A DNA stretch of 18,809 nt from a virus, in the IMG/VR virus record IMGVR_UViG_3300045988_153303, one strand, 5' to 3'. Position numbers and translations under genes: made by a program. Positions 11,062-18,737 of this stretch are shown here, in pieces (the first letter of the stretch is position 1; each line of letters starts with the position of its first letter). The notes under the pieces were generated by a model that had not been told where the DNA came from, did no database searches, and saw only the letters and a list, made by a program, of their open reading frames with translations.

Positions 11062-12783
11062 TCAGTCGGAGACGGTGATGGTCTTATCCGCAGTGGCTCC
11101 TGCGAATTTGACGGTCACCTTCGCACTGCCTGCACTCGTGCCGGTGACCTTACCGGTCTTGTCGATTTCGGCATGCGCATCCACGCTCCAATCGGCGAGA
11201 TTGCTGACGTCCTGCTTCGATCCGTCCGTCTTGACCGCGGTGGCGGTCAGTTTGACGGATGCGGAAGCCTTGACGGTATTCGGGCCGTCGACGGTCAGTC
11301 CGGACAGTGCGCCGACCTTGATGCCGCCGACCCAAGTGCCGACGACAGGCACGTCAAGTGCGGCGGAGACGGTCTGATCGATTTCCGGAGTGGCCGGATC
11401 GATGTAGGTCGCCTGTGCGGTGACCTTGAGGCTTTCGGCGGTCTCATCCAATCCACAGCGCAGGATCCCGTCATTGTCGATGCCGGTATACTGTGAGGTT
11501 GCACCCTCGACCTTGTATTCGATGCCTACCGGCTGGAAGGATGCGGCGGTCTTGTTGGCGCTTGCAATGGTCGCCTCCACTTGGACGAGGTCGCCGCGCG
11601 ACACGTTCTGCGGAGCGACCGCAGGCTGACCGTACTTCTTGACACGCAGGACGAATTCCGGCTTGGAGGTCGTGAGCGTGTCCGGTAGTACCACGGATTC
11701 GGTCGACCCTTCACCCGTCCAGAAGAGGACGGCATTAGCGAAAGGATTCGGCGTGATGGAGCCGCGATGCTTGTAGAAGATGTTACGCGTGCCATCGATC
11801 GGATTGACCGGCGAATTCGTGGTCTCCAGCATTTCATCCCAGCAGAAGAAGAAATCCTCGGTAGTGAGCACGGCCTGCACCTTGCCACCATTGCCGCCGA
11901 TGCCGAATAGATCCTCGGGGATGGGGATGATGCGGTACGGGACATTGGCGCGGTCGATATTGAACGCGGCGGCGAGAGCCTCTACATTTAAAGCGGCGAT
12001 GACCTGCGGCGTGGCGAACAGGATGGCCTCCGAATCACGCCACGGAGTCACCCACGACATTGCATTATATTTCGGCATGGAGGACATCGGCGACGCCTTC
12101 AGCTCGTTCGCCATCTGCTGAATGAGACGCAACAGGCCCCTCGCATCCGCATCGGTCGAATCGGCCTTGCCCACGTCCGGCGTATGCACGCGGTAGAAGC
12201 CGCCCTTGCGCGCGTATTCGGCAAAGCACTGCGTCTTCATCACGTACATATCATTACGATCCGACAAAATCGGAGCATTCATGATCTCACTGATGTAATC
12301 CGACATGCCGGATTCGCCGTCGAATGCGGTAAGGAGCGCATCCTCCGGAATGGTGACCGGATAATAGTGATCGAAGGTCAGTGGATGGAAGACGCTTGCG
12401 GTCGGCAAATTATAGCGGCCGTACACGTCATCGCCGAGATATTCCTGATTGAAATTGCGGGTGCGCGCACGGACCAAGCCGACTGCGGCCTGCTCGTAAG
12501 TAGACCCGTAGCGCTTGAGCGTACGGGGGGAGCCGACAAGCTTCAGCGGATCATCCCAGTCGGCGTGCTGGACATACAATCCGATCAAACGCTGAATCAG
12601 GACTCCGGTGAATTCGTCGCGCAAATAAGGGAAATTGCGCATGGTGTCGACGGCATTGCGAATATTGCCCTGCGTCGCCGACGGAATACGAGTCTGGAAT
12701 TGTGGTGACGTGGCGGACCTCACGGCATTGAAGATCTCGACGTCACCCTTACCTGCCAATGGTCGAATGTTAGACATATGCAC
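11062..12783 (-). CDS. Major capsid protein (phi29 gp8-like) with C-terminal Ig-like (Big_2-type) domain(s)
   Basis: EIFNAVRSA, LAAAFNIDRANV and FANAVLF match phi29 gp8 DIVNAIRNS, LAKAFNMNRTDF and FANAVAF (from memory). The C-terminus (LTVDGPNTVKASASVKLTATAVKTDGSKQDVSNLADWSV...GKVTGTSAGSAKVTVKF) is typical of Big_2. The track start is GTG 12783; the ATG at 12777 is an alternative. Confidence 0.9.
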   Translation of the reverse strand: MHMSNIRPLAGKGDVEIFNAVRSATSPQFQTRIPSATQGNIRNAVDTMRNFPYLRDEFTGVLIQRLIGLYVQHADWDDPLKLVGSPRTLKRYGSTYEQAAVGLVRARTRNFNQEYLGDDVYGRYNLPTASVFHPLTFDHYYPVTIPEDALLTAFDGESGMSDYISEIMNAPILSDRNDMYVMKTQCFAEYARKGGFYRVHTPDVGKADSTDADARGLLRLIQQMANELKASPMSSMPKYNAMSWVTPWRDSEAILFATPQVIAALNVEALAAAFNIDRANVPYRIIPIPEDLFGIGGNGGKVQAVLTTEDFFFCWDEMLETTNSPVNPIDGTRNIFYKHRGSITPNPFANAVLFWTGEGSTESVVLPDTLTTSKPEFVLRVKKYGQPAVAPQNVSRGDLVQVEATIASANKTAASFQPVGIEYKVEGATSQYTGIDNDGILRCGLDETAESLKVTAQATYIDPATPEIDQTVSAALDVPVVGTWVGGIKVGALSGLTVDGPNTVKASASVKLTATAVKTDGSKQDVSNLADWSVDAHAEIDKTGKVTGTSAGSAKVTVKFAGATADKTITVSD

Positions 12784-12797
12784 TTATCCTTCCTTTA

Positions 12798-13076
12798 TTA
12801 GTCGAATAGGTCTTCGATGGAATCGTCATCACTGACACCATCACCGTCATCATCGGTCGTGGTCGGCTCATTATAGCCAAGCGTGTCCATCATGGCTTTA
12901 AGTACGGCCAATTCCTTCTCGATGGCGTCAAGTCGTACGGATACGTCCGGCTTATCGACTTTCGGCTCCGGATCCGCCTCCGGCTTGACTCCGTCATTTA
13001 CAGTTTCGGTGTGCTGTGCTTCTTCGGTCGGCGGCGGGGTAGTGGTCTCCTTACCGTCAGTCTTCGGGTCATCCAT
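12798..13076 (-). CDS. Scaffolding protein candidate (phi29 gp7 position), highly acidic
   Basis: 92 aa against 98 aa for gp7. AAGGAG lies 6 nt upstream of the ATG. A central amphipathic helix (RLDAIEKELAVLKAMMDTLG) is flanked by acidic, Pro/Thr-rich tails. It is directly upstream of the capsid gene and downstream of a promoter. Confidence 0.55.
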   Translation of the reverse strand: MDDPKTDGKETTTPPPTEEAQHTETVNDGVKPEADPEPKVDKPDVSVRLDAIEKELAVLKAMMDTLGYNEPTTTDDDGDGVSDDDSIEDLFD

Positions 13077-13112
13077 ATAATCTCCTTGCTCTGGACGATG
13101 CTTTCACTAAAA

Positions 13113-13121
13113 ATTATATCA
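13113..13121 (-). promoter_or_regulatory. Late (structural operon) promoter: extended -10 TGATATAAT
   Basis: + strand attatatca at 13113-13121 is TGATATAAT on the minus strand. It lies about 37 nt upstream of the scaffold ATG and immediately downstream of the terminator at 13140-13165. No good -35. Confidence 0.6.
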
Positions 13122-13139
13122 TAGCGCCGAAAATACAAT

Positions 13140-13165
13140 GACCCCGCGCAATCACACGCGGGGTC
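13140..13165 (-). terminator. Terminator closing the replication operon or noncoding segment
   Basis: gaccccgcg (13140-13148) pairs with cgcggggtc (13157-13165) around an 8-nt loop. AUUGUAUUUUCGG follows on the minus-strand RNA. Confidence 0.7.
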
Positions 13166-13308
13166 CGATATCCCATGAGAGCGTGCCTTGAAATCGTAGG
13201 GCACCACCACCACGATGATGACCACCCGCAATCGGCGGCATTCTCAGCCGTGGTAATCCGATCACCGTCATTCCCAGTCGAAAATCGACGCTCCGGAGGA
13301 CACTTCAA

Positions 13309-14757
13309 TCATAGCACGACCACCGCACCGCACGCATCATGCACGCGCTCGCCATGCCGGAATTTTTCGTAAGGAACAGGTTCGACAAAAAGACTGCCCG
13401 ACATGCAGACATCGACTTCACCATCATCACGCCACCCCTGATACCTATTCACGCCGAGAATGGTGAGCCTCTCATATCGTGCGGCAACCTTCCATTTGCC
13501 AAGCTCGGTCGCATGGATGGCACACGATTTCGGCGGCTCCCAGCCAGACAAAATGCACCCGTCCGTATTCGCATACAGCAGTCTATCCGCATTGGCATGA
13601 CAGACATCCATGAGCTTACGGCGCGCATAAGCATTGACCCATACGGGCACGGGCAAATAATCGGATTTTAGATTCGACTCGTCACGCTTCATCACATCCC
13701 ATCGCAAGGTGACACCATCATCCGAAGCAGGTATCATGACAGAACCCCTCGGTAGACTTGCCATCTTACCTACCAGCGCATTCATGACCAGTTTCGCCAT
13801 CCGCCGTCTCGCACCCGTCGCCTGCTGTTTCACCGACCCCCACTCGTCAACAAAGGATTGGAACATACCTTTTGACTGACGGAATTTCCACCCGCGCACA
13901 TACCGGTAGACCGTCACATCATAATTTTCGAAAAGCAGATGCTGGTCGATGTCGGTAAGCACGCGAACGACAAATCCACGGGTGGAAGTGAGACGGTTCA
14001 GACCGTAGACGCTCCGGTTGTCAAGCAGAAAAGGATAACCACCCGGCTTTAATTCCGCGCGGAATATCATTTCGTCGCAATGCAGTGGCATGGCGTCATC
14101 CTGCTCATATTGACCTTCGTAGGCTTCCGGCTCGCCGTAAGGAAGCCACTCATCTCGCAGGATGCTCGGATACATGGAATTGCAGTCCACGTCGATAGTC
14201 TTGCCATAAGCACCTTCACGCGCCAGCATAAATCCGCCGATATAAGCGTCGTGAAGCGACGTCTTCACCTCCGGATCGCATTGGGGGAATTTGTTTGCAT
14301 ACCACGTCCAATCACCTGATACGAAAGCTTCCATACTGGCCACTCCTGCCGTGATCCTACACAATCTCTGCCTGTCATACTCGCATAGAATGTCGAAAAG
14401 CTGGTCGTCAGTCATGGTCGCGCGGCAATTCTCCCTCAAAAGATTGGAAATATCAAAAAACCTCACCGAATTCCTCTTGGAAAGGGTTACGGTAAAGCTG
14501 AAGAATTTTCCCTTATTCGACACAATGCTATTCCAACTCATGTTGGCATAATGCGTGCTATATGGCAGGCTATGCACGACATGCGCCATGAAAGGGTCAA
14601 GCGTGTGAGGGTCGGTCATGTAGACCGTAAGTCTTCCATTAGTCATGATGGAAGCCAAGAGGCTGCGAGGTGCGACGATGTCGCACAATTGAGTGCCGTC
14701 CGTAAATCGTATAATATTGTCGGCACACCATAAGCCTACACGTTTGTCGGCGATCAT
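13309..14757 (-). CDS. Protein-primed family-B DNA polymerase (phi29 gp2-like), 482 aa
   Basis: DVDCNSMYPS (motif A, DxxSLYPS), KLVMNALVGKM (motif B, Kx3NSxYG), LLYANTDGC (motif C, YxDTD). LPYGEP is identical to phi29, and RITAGVASMEAF parallels RMTAGSDSLKGF. The protein is about 90 aa shorter than phi29 gp2, mostly in the N-terminal exonuclease region. Confidence 0.92.
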   Translation of the reverse strand: MIADKRVGLWCADNIIRFTDGTQLCDIVAPRSLLASIMTNGRLTVYMTDPHTLDPFMAHVVHSLPYSTHYANMSWNSIVSNKGKFFSFTVTLSKRNSVRFFDISNLLRENCRATMTDDQLFDILCEYDRQRLCRITAGVASMEAFVSGDWTWYANKFPQCDPEVKTSLHDAYIGGFMLAREGAYGKTIDVDCNSMYPSILRDEWLPYGEPEAYEGQYEQDDAMPLHCDEMIFRAELKPGGYPFLLDNRSVYGLNRLTSTRGFVVRVLTDIDQHLLFENYDVTVYRYVRGWKFRQSKGMFQSFVDEWGSVKQQATGARRRMAKLVMNALVGKMASLPRGSVMIPASDDGVTLRWDVMKRDESNLKSDYLPVPVWVNAYARRKLMDVCHANADRLLYANTDGCILSGWEPPKSCAIHATELGKWKVAARYERLTILGVNRYQGWRDDGEVDVCMSGSLFVEPVPYEKFRHGERVHDACGAVVVL

Positions 14758-14784
14758 GATAGATAACTTCCTTTCGATCCATTG

Positions 14785-15801
14785 TCATGCGAGTGCTTGA
14801 ACCTCGGTCATCCACCGATCGAAATTGCGGCGCGCACGTTCATACCCTTCGGTATCCTGTTTGAATATCGGTCTGAATGTATGATGCGTCTCATCATAGT
14901 CGACCCAGCCAAATACAATATGTGGGGCGTCGGTCTGTTCGATGAAAGCCCTTTTCTGGGCCGCGGTCAGACTACGGAAGCGCTTGAGCCGTTTCGCGCC
15001 GAGCGAGGAGCCAATCACCTTGCCGAAAGTGTCATACCGGCTTTTAGTCATGTAGACCGGCCATTCGCCCTTGCCGTAGAGAGCTTCCGGCTTTCCGCTC
15101 TTATACTTCTTTGCAACAGTGTGCTCGCGGTTGCGCTCCGTCCTCAGCCCAAGAATTTCGGCGGCGTCATGCATTTGGGCGAGAATTTCCTTACGATGGC
15201 CGCCTTTTAGCTGGGCACGGACGAAATCCTCGTCGTCCAATATATTGGTCATTTGAAGGAAGTCGGTCAGCTTAGATGGGATGATCAGATTGCCACTGAA
15301 TCCCATGTCTCCCGTCGTACCGGTCATTTCAGCTACACGCTGGTCGTATACGCTGACTTTCGGCATAGCCTGCGCACGATTCCATTCATTGATTTTTTCT
15401 CTAGCCGAGTTGATCTTCCGTTGTTGCTGGCGGAGGAGTTTACGCCGTTTCGCCACCGGCTCGGCCGCGATCCGTGCGTCCGATATGTCGGCGCGTGAGG
15501 CGAACATGTAATCCTTTTTTGTCGGCCGTTCTATGGCGGTGGCATGATATGGCGTCGCTTTCGCTTCCACAATGGCCTGTTTCTTCTGCCTTTCCCACTC
15601 TTGGCCAAGCGTTTTAGCAATGTTGACAAGCTGTTGGTCGGCGGTCTTGGCGAGATTCGCATGCGAATAGGTGCCAAGTTGTTTGATGTTGCGGGCGGCA
15701 CGGGCTTGCGCGGCCTGCCGTGCCTTGACATGCTTCTGCTTGCGTGACACGGGACACGTCCCTTCAGATAAGGAGAGCACCCCATGTAGAGGTGCTCTCA
15801 A
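14785..15801 (-). CDS. Terminal protein candidate (phi29 gp3 position)
   Basis: Directly upstream of the polymerase in the same operon, as in phi29. Strongly basic N-terminus (RKQKHVKARQAAQARAARNIKQ). No motif-level match is claimed. The start is uncertain: the track uses TTG at 15801, and the GTG at 15750 has GAAGGGA 8 nt upstream. Confidence 0.5.
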   Translation of the reverse strand: MRAPLHGVLSLSEGTCPVSRKQKHVKARQAAQARAARNIKQLGTYSHANLAKTADQQLVNIAKTLGQEWERQKKQAIVEAKATPYHATAIERPTKKDYMFASRADISDARIAAEPVAKRRKLLRQQQRKINSAREKINEWNRAQAMPKVSVYDQRVAEMTGTTGDMGFSGNLIIPSKLTDFLQMTNILDDEDFVRAQLKGGHRKEILAQMHDAAEILGLRTERNREHTVAKKYKSGKPEALYGKGEWPVYMTKSRYDTFGKVIGSSLGAKRLKRFRSLTAAQKRAFIEQTDAPHIVFGWVDYDETHHTFRPIFKQDTEGYERARRNFDRWMTEVQALA

Positions 15802-15833
15802 CGCATGGATCCTACTTGGTGGTCACGATAGGA

Positions 15834-16277
15834 TCACTTCGCTTCTTCATCCACCGGCTCAATGCTGAAGAATTTAAAGCCACGGCGGGACCGACGTTCC
15901 ACCACCTTAATAGGGAGGGGAGCATCCCAAGTGTTAGGAGTACCGAAGATGCCGAACATTGTGTTCAACCCGGCCGCCAGAGTGGGGGAGGTGGCGGAGT
16001 ACGCCTTGCCATCGGCGGTGACGATGATGACACGCACTGTGGCGGAAATCTCTCCGGTCTGATCGTCGGTCACCTGTACGGCCTGTGCGACTGCATTCGA
16101 CATGAGCATGGTCTCGTTCAGATGTTCATCGAGCTTTTCAGCATTCTGAAGTGCGGAGTAGAGCTTGATCTTGCCTTCGCGGGTGCTAGTGTCGATGAAG
16201 TGCTGGACGGTGCCGAGCTCAGTGTTTTCGGTGTTGAATGCGACGAGTGCGGTGCTGTTGTCGTTTTCCATGGTCAT
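15834..16277 (-). CDS. Putative ssDNA-binding protein (phi29 gp5 position)
   Basis: 147 aa, located between the 105-aa gene and the terminal-protein candidate, matching the phi29 order 6-5-(4)-3-2. Short acidic C-terminal tail (EPVDEEAK). The assignment rests on position and size only. Confidence 0.35.
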   Translation of the reverse strand: MTMENDNSTALVAFNTENTELGTVQHFIDTSTREGKIKLYSALQNAEKLDEHLNETMLMSNAVAQAVQVTDDQTGEISATVRVIIVTADGKAYSATSPTLAAGLNTMFGIFGTPNTWDAPLPIKVVERRSRRGFKFFSIEPVDEEAK

Positions 16278-16335
16278 ATCCTTTTGTCTAGTTATTTGTT
16301 GTTTTTGCTAGGCTTTTGTGCCTAAATCTTTTATA

Positions 16336-16653
16336 TCACATGCCGTCATTGTTTTCAATTTCGGCATGTCGTTTTTTTTCGTGTTCTTCCGGATTCCACT
16401 TCTGCGGCTCCTCAAAAGTCGCATACTTGTAAAATGTTTCGTCATCCATCGTGACCTTCTGAGAAAAGACCTCGATAGTACGCGGCATGAAATTCGGAAA
16501 AAGCTTCTTAGCACGGACCGCATACGCACGAGCATCCTTCAAACGCCCGTCAACGACATGCTCGGTCGGCATAAAATCGCCATCCACCAATTCCATGCCT
16601 CTCAATACAGCATACACACGAGTCCGGAACACTCCCGATTTTACTCGAGCCAT
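16336..16653 (-). CDS. 105-aa protein, unknown; first gene after the consensus promoter (phi29 gp6 position)
   Basis: ATG at 16651-16653 with AAGGAAAG 9 nt upstream. The composition is protein-like, and the size matches the 104-aa phi29 p6. No sequence similarity is claimed. Confidence 0.6.
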   Translation of the reverse strand: MARVKSGVFRTRVYAVLRGMELVDGDFMPTEHVVDGRLKDARAYAVRAKKLFPNFMPRTIEVFSQKVTMDDETFYKYATFEEPQKWNPEEHEKKRHAEIENNDGM

Positions 16654-16659
16654 AATAGC

Positions 16660-17187
16660 CTACTTTCCTTGATCAAAAATCCTTGACAATTCCTTATCAT
16701 TATAACGAGTCACATCAAGTCTGTCAAAATTCTTAAAGACCGCAATAATAAGATTACGCGCCCGCACATCGTCGAAAAGAGCACAACAATCAAAGCTCGT
16801 ACCCCCCTTGACCGCACACACCGCGCACCAAGCGATCAGATTCACAGGATCCACCGTACCATCCAAATACTCCACATCGAAAGTACGAGACAGCGCCGAC
16901 TGCAAACCATCCCCCCGACTCAAAGAGCCAGCAATCCGCACGACCATGAGGACAGCCTGATCAAACCACGGATTAACCCCCTCTCGCCACAATTCACACA
17001 GCATAGCAACAGCCCGACAACACGTCTCGAAGTCACCACACCCCTCATCATAGCGGCCCAAGGAAGCCTCACGCATACGACCACACAGCGCCCTACGAAT
17101 ACGCGGCGACTCCATGATCGCATCATCAAAATCACGCATACGATAGATCGGGACCCAACCATCCCCCCGGACAAAACCCTTAGACAT
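16660..17187 (-). CDS. Early protein, about 175 aa, unknown function
   Basis: Long ORF 16660..17220. I prefer the ATG at 17185-17187 (GAGGA 8 nt upstream, 8-nt overlap with the upstream gene) over the ATG at 17220 (41-nt overlap). Helix-rich, Cys-rich sequence with no motif I recognise. Confidence 0.6.
   Translation of the reverse strand: MSKGFVRGDGWVPIYRMRDFDDAIMESPRIRRALCGRMREASLGRYDEGCGDFETCCRAVAMLCELWREGVNPWFDQAVLMVVRIAGSLSRGDGLQSALSRTFDVEYLDGTVDPVNLIAWCAVCAVKGGTSFDCCALFDDVRARNLIIAVFKNFDRLDVTRYNDKELSRIFDQGK
16699..16727 (-). promoter_or_regulatory. Consensus sigma-70-type promoter TTGACA - 17 nt - TATAAT for the replication module
   Basis: + strand attata at 16699-16704 and tgtcaa at 16722-16727, with exactly 17 nt between them. 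On the minus strand this reads TTGACA-N17-TATAAT. The -10 hexamer ends about 45 nt upstream of the ATG at 16653. The promoter lies inside the 3' end of the 16660..17187 CDS. Confidence 0.75.
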
Positions 17188-17353
17188 AATACCGATCCTC
17201 GATCCTAAAATAGGAGACATCCTTTACACGCTCCGGCCTATCAGCCCACTCACGAACTATCTTGTAACCCTCATCATACGACGACGCATAGCCGATCTCG
17301 ACAGGCTCACCACCATGACGCAAATACGCCAAAACAGTAAAAGTCTTATACAT
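17180..17353 (-). CDS. Early protein, 57 aa, unknown function (below the ORF-track size cut-off)
   Basis: Hand translation: MYKTFTVLAYLRHGGEPVEIGYASSYDEGYKIVREWADRPERVKDVSYFRIEDRYYV. AGGA lies 9 nt upstream. It fills the gap between neighbouring genes; the upstream stop at 17357 is 3 nt away. Confidence 0.45.
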   Translation of the reverse strand: MYKTFTVLAYLRHGGEPVEIGYASSYDEGYKIVREWADRPERVKDVSYFRIEDRYYV

Positions 17354-17356
17354 GAT

Positions 17357-17569
17357 TCACATTCCTAACGTTTCATACTGCTCGACACTCCAATCATGCC
17401 CACATACCCACATGTCATGCCAGACGGCAATCAGACGACGCGGACAGCGAGTCGGTGCAACAAAACGACGATTCCGATAGCCACTCCAGAAAGCACGAAG
17501 CCGCCAATACGCCTCCGCATCCGGACAATCACCACACGTGAGCGAATGAACAAAGCCACAAAAATACAT
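17357..17569 (-). CDS. Early protein, about 70 aa, Cys/Trp-rich, unknown function
   Basis: The track ORF 17357..17572 starts at GTG. The ATG at 17567-17569 shares one base with the upstream TGA (TGATG), suggesting translational coupling. Confidence 0.5.
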   Translation of the reverse strand: MYFCGFVHSLTCGDCPDAEAYWRLRAFWSGYRNRRFVAPTRCPRRLIAVWHDMWVCGHDWSVEQYETLGM

Positions 17570-17799
17570 CACCCCCTCCTTTCGACAGATTCTGCGGCAA
17601 GACTAATAGCATCCAACACCATACTCCCCATCTCACTCGGCTTCGTTACATCATAATAACAAGAAGACATCACACCACCCCCCGTACGATACCTCAACAC
17701 CAGCATCTGCTGATGCGGACAATACTCACACCCCACATTACCAGCTATATGCGGGCTATAAAACACGGCGATTTTCACATCACGCGCAGACGATTTCAT
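17569..17799 (-). CDS. Early protein, about 76 aa, unknown function
   Basis: ORF 17569..17844 trimmed to the ATG at 17797-17799, which has GAAAGGA 5 nt upstream. This removes the overlap with the upstream gene, which ends at 17814. Confidence 0.5.
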   Translation of the reverse strand: MKSSARDVKIAVFYSPHIAGNVGCEYCPHQQMLVLRYRTGGGVMSSCYYDVTKPSEMGSMVLDAISLAAESVERRG

Positions 17800-17813
17800 G
17801 ACAATCCTTTCGA

Positions 17814-18122
17814 TCAAAATTTTCCAAGAATACGATGCTCCCACGAGACATACTCATCATACCACTCGGAACATACCAGCTCATCCAAAGACAAGCCAAC
17901 AACACAGGCACGCTTACACGCCATATATCCGTCCAGCAAATCATAAGCCGTAAGCGCCAGCCACAAACGGCCGTCAGCCAGTACGAAAAACTCATGATAC
18001 GGCCGACGACACCCCGGATGCTTCCACGTCCACACGAACACAACCCTCCGCAAAGACTTCGAATCAACCAAAGTAAAATAATGATGTTGCATAACATCAT
18101 CAACACACAACACAACACTCAC
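17814..18122 (-). CDS. Early protein, 102 aa, unknown function
   Basis: GTG start overlapping the upstream stop (GTGA), with GAGG 4 nt upstream. More protein-like than the competing frame 17780..18118. 5 Trp and 5 Cys. Confidence 0.55.
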   Translation of the reverse strand: MSVVLCVDDVMQHHYFTLVDSKSLRRVVFVWTWKHPGCRRPYHEFFVLADGRLWLALTAYDLLDGYMACKRACVVGLSLDELVCSEWYDEYVSWEHRILGKF

Positions 18123-18334
18123 CTCCCCTCACACACAGGATCAAAAGCCATACAATAACGAGCCCAGCCAATAAGCTGAGCCGAAAACAACATCGCACGA
18201 TCCGCACTCACCTCAAAACGATAAACACTACCATCCAAACCAATATACGCAACGGTAGCAACACCATCCGAACGCTGAACAATACTGACACTAAAATGCT
18301 CCACAATACACTCCTTACCTACAAATACTCCCAT
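18119..18334 (-). CDS. Early protein, about 71 aa, unknown function
   Basis: The ATG at 18332-18334 shares one base with the TGA of the ITR gene (TGATG), exactly at the inner ITR boundary. Confidence 0.5.
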   Translation of the reverse strand: MGVFVGKECIVEHFSVSIVQRSDGVATVAYIGLDGSVYRFEVSADRAMLFSAQLIGWARYCMAFDPVCEGR

Positions 18335-18675
18335 CACAACGCAACCAACTCATACCTATCCCCCCTAACACCATCAAACCGACCAAGCCTAAAACCATAA
18401 TCCGCAAGAAAATCATTCACACAAGACTCCCACCCACCCCCATCAGAACCATAAATACCAGTAATCTTCAACGCATCCAAATCACACCACAAATCATAAC
18501 CACCCACAGGAGCAATATCAATAAACCACCTATCATCACCATCCTGCTGCCACATACCATAACCAGTAACATCATCCACAATATACAAAGACGACCAATC
18601 CACATCACCCTTAACCGCAACAGGCCGCACAGCAACAACACAATCATCATCCGCAAAATAAGTTGCAACAAACAT
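18334..18675 (-). CDS. ITR-encoded acidic 113-aa protein (right copy, first gene of the early operon)
   Basis: Mirror image of 135..476, with identical sequence. Confidence 0.7.
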   Translation of the reverse strand: MFVATYFADDDCVVAVRPVAVKGDVDWSSLYIVDDVTGYGMWQQDGDDRWFIDIAPVGGYDLWCDLDALKITGIYGSDGGGWESCVNDFLADYGFRLGRFDGVRGDRYELVAL

Positions 18676-18698
18676 TTCATTCTCCTTTCCAATGAGGT

Positions 18699-18710
18699 TT
18701 GTAATTACAA
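18699..18710. promoter_or_regulatory. Right-arm copy of the TTGTAATTACAA palindrome
   Basis: Mirror of 100-111 within the ITR. Confidence 0.4.
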
Positions 18711-18737
18711 TATACCACACAAAAAACAACAACACAA
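18709..18737 (-). promoter_or_regulatory. Early promoter inside the right ITR
   Basis: Mirror of 73-101. Here it would drive the whole right-arm early operon. Confidence 0.55.

Noticed and set aside
13114-13308. 64-aa TTG-initiated ORF in the polymerase-scaffold intergenic region
   Set aside because: It has no SD, its composition is Trp/Ser/Arg-rich (…CGWSSSWWWCP…), and it would run through the terminator hairpin and the late promoter. I treat the region as noncoding RNA or UTR instead.
15807-15835. Imperfect inverted repeat GATCCTA...TAGGATC between the SSB-like gene and the TP candidate, and a 5-bp hairpin TAGGC...GCCTA at about 16299-16314
   Set aside because: The stems are short (5-7 bp) with a long loop or no U-tract. 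This is within what chance produces, so I do not call them terminators.
17780-18118. 112-aa minus-strand ORF competing with 17814..18122
   Set aside because: Its translation is Cys/Leu/Ile-rich and low in complexity (MLCCVLMMLCNIIILLWLIRSLCGG...). The other frame looks like a folded protein and has coupled start and stop signals with its neighbours. Conservation data are needed to settle this.
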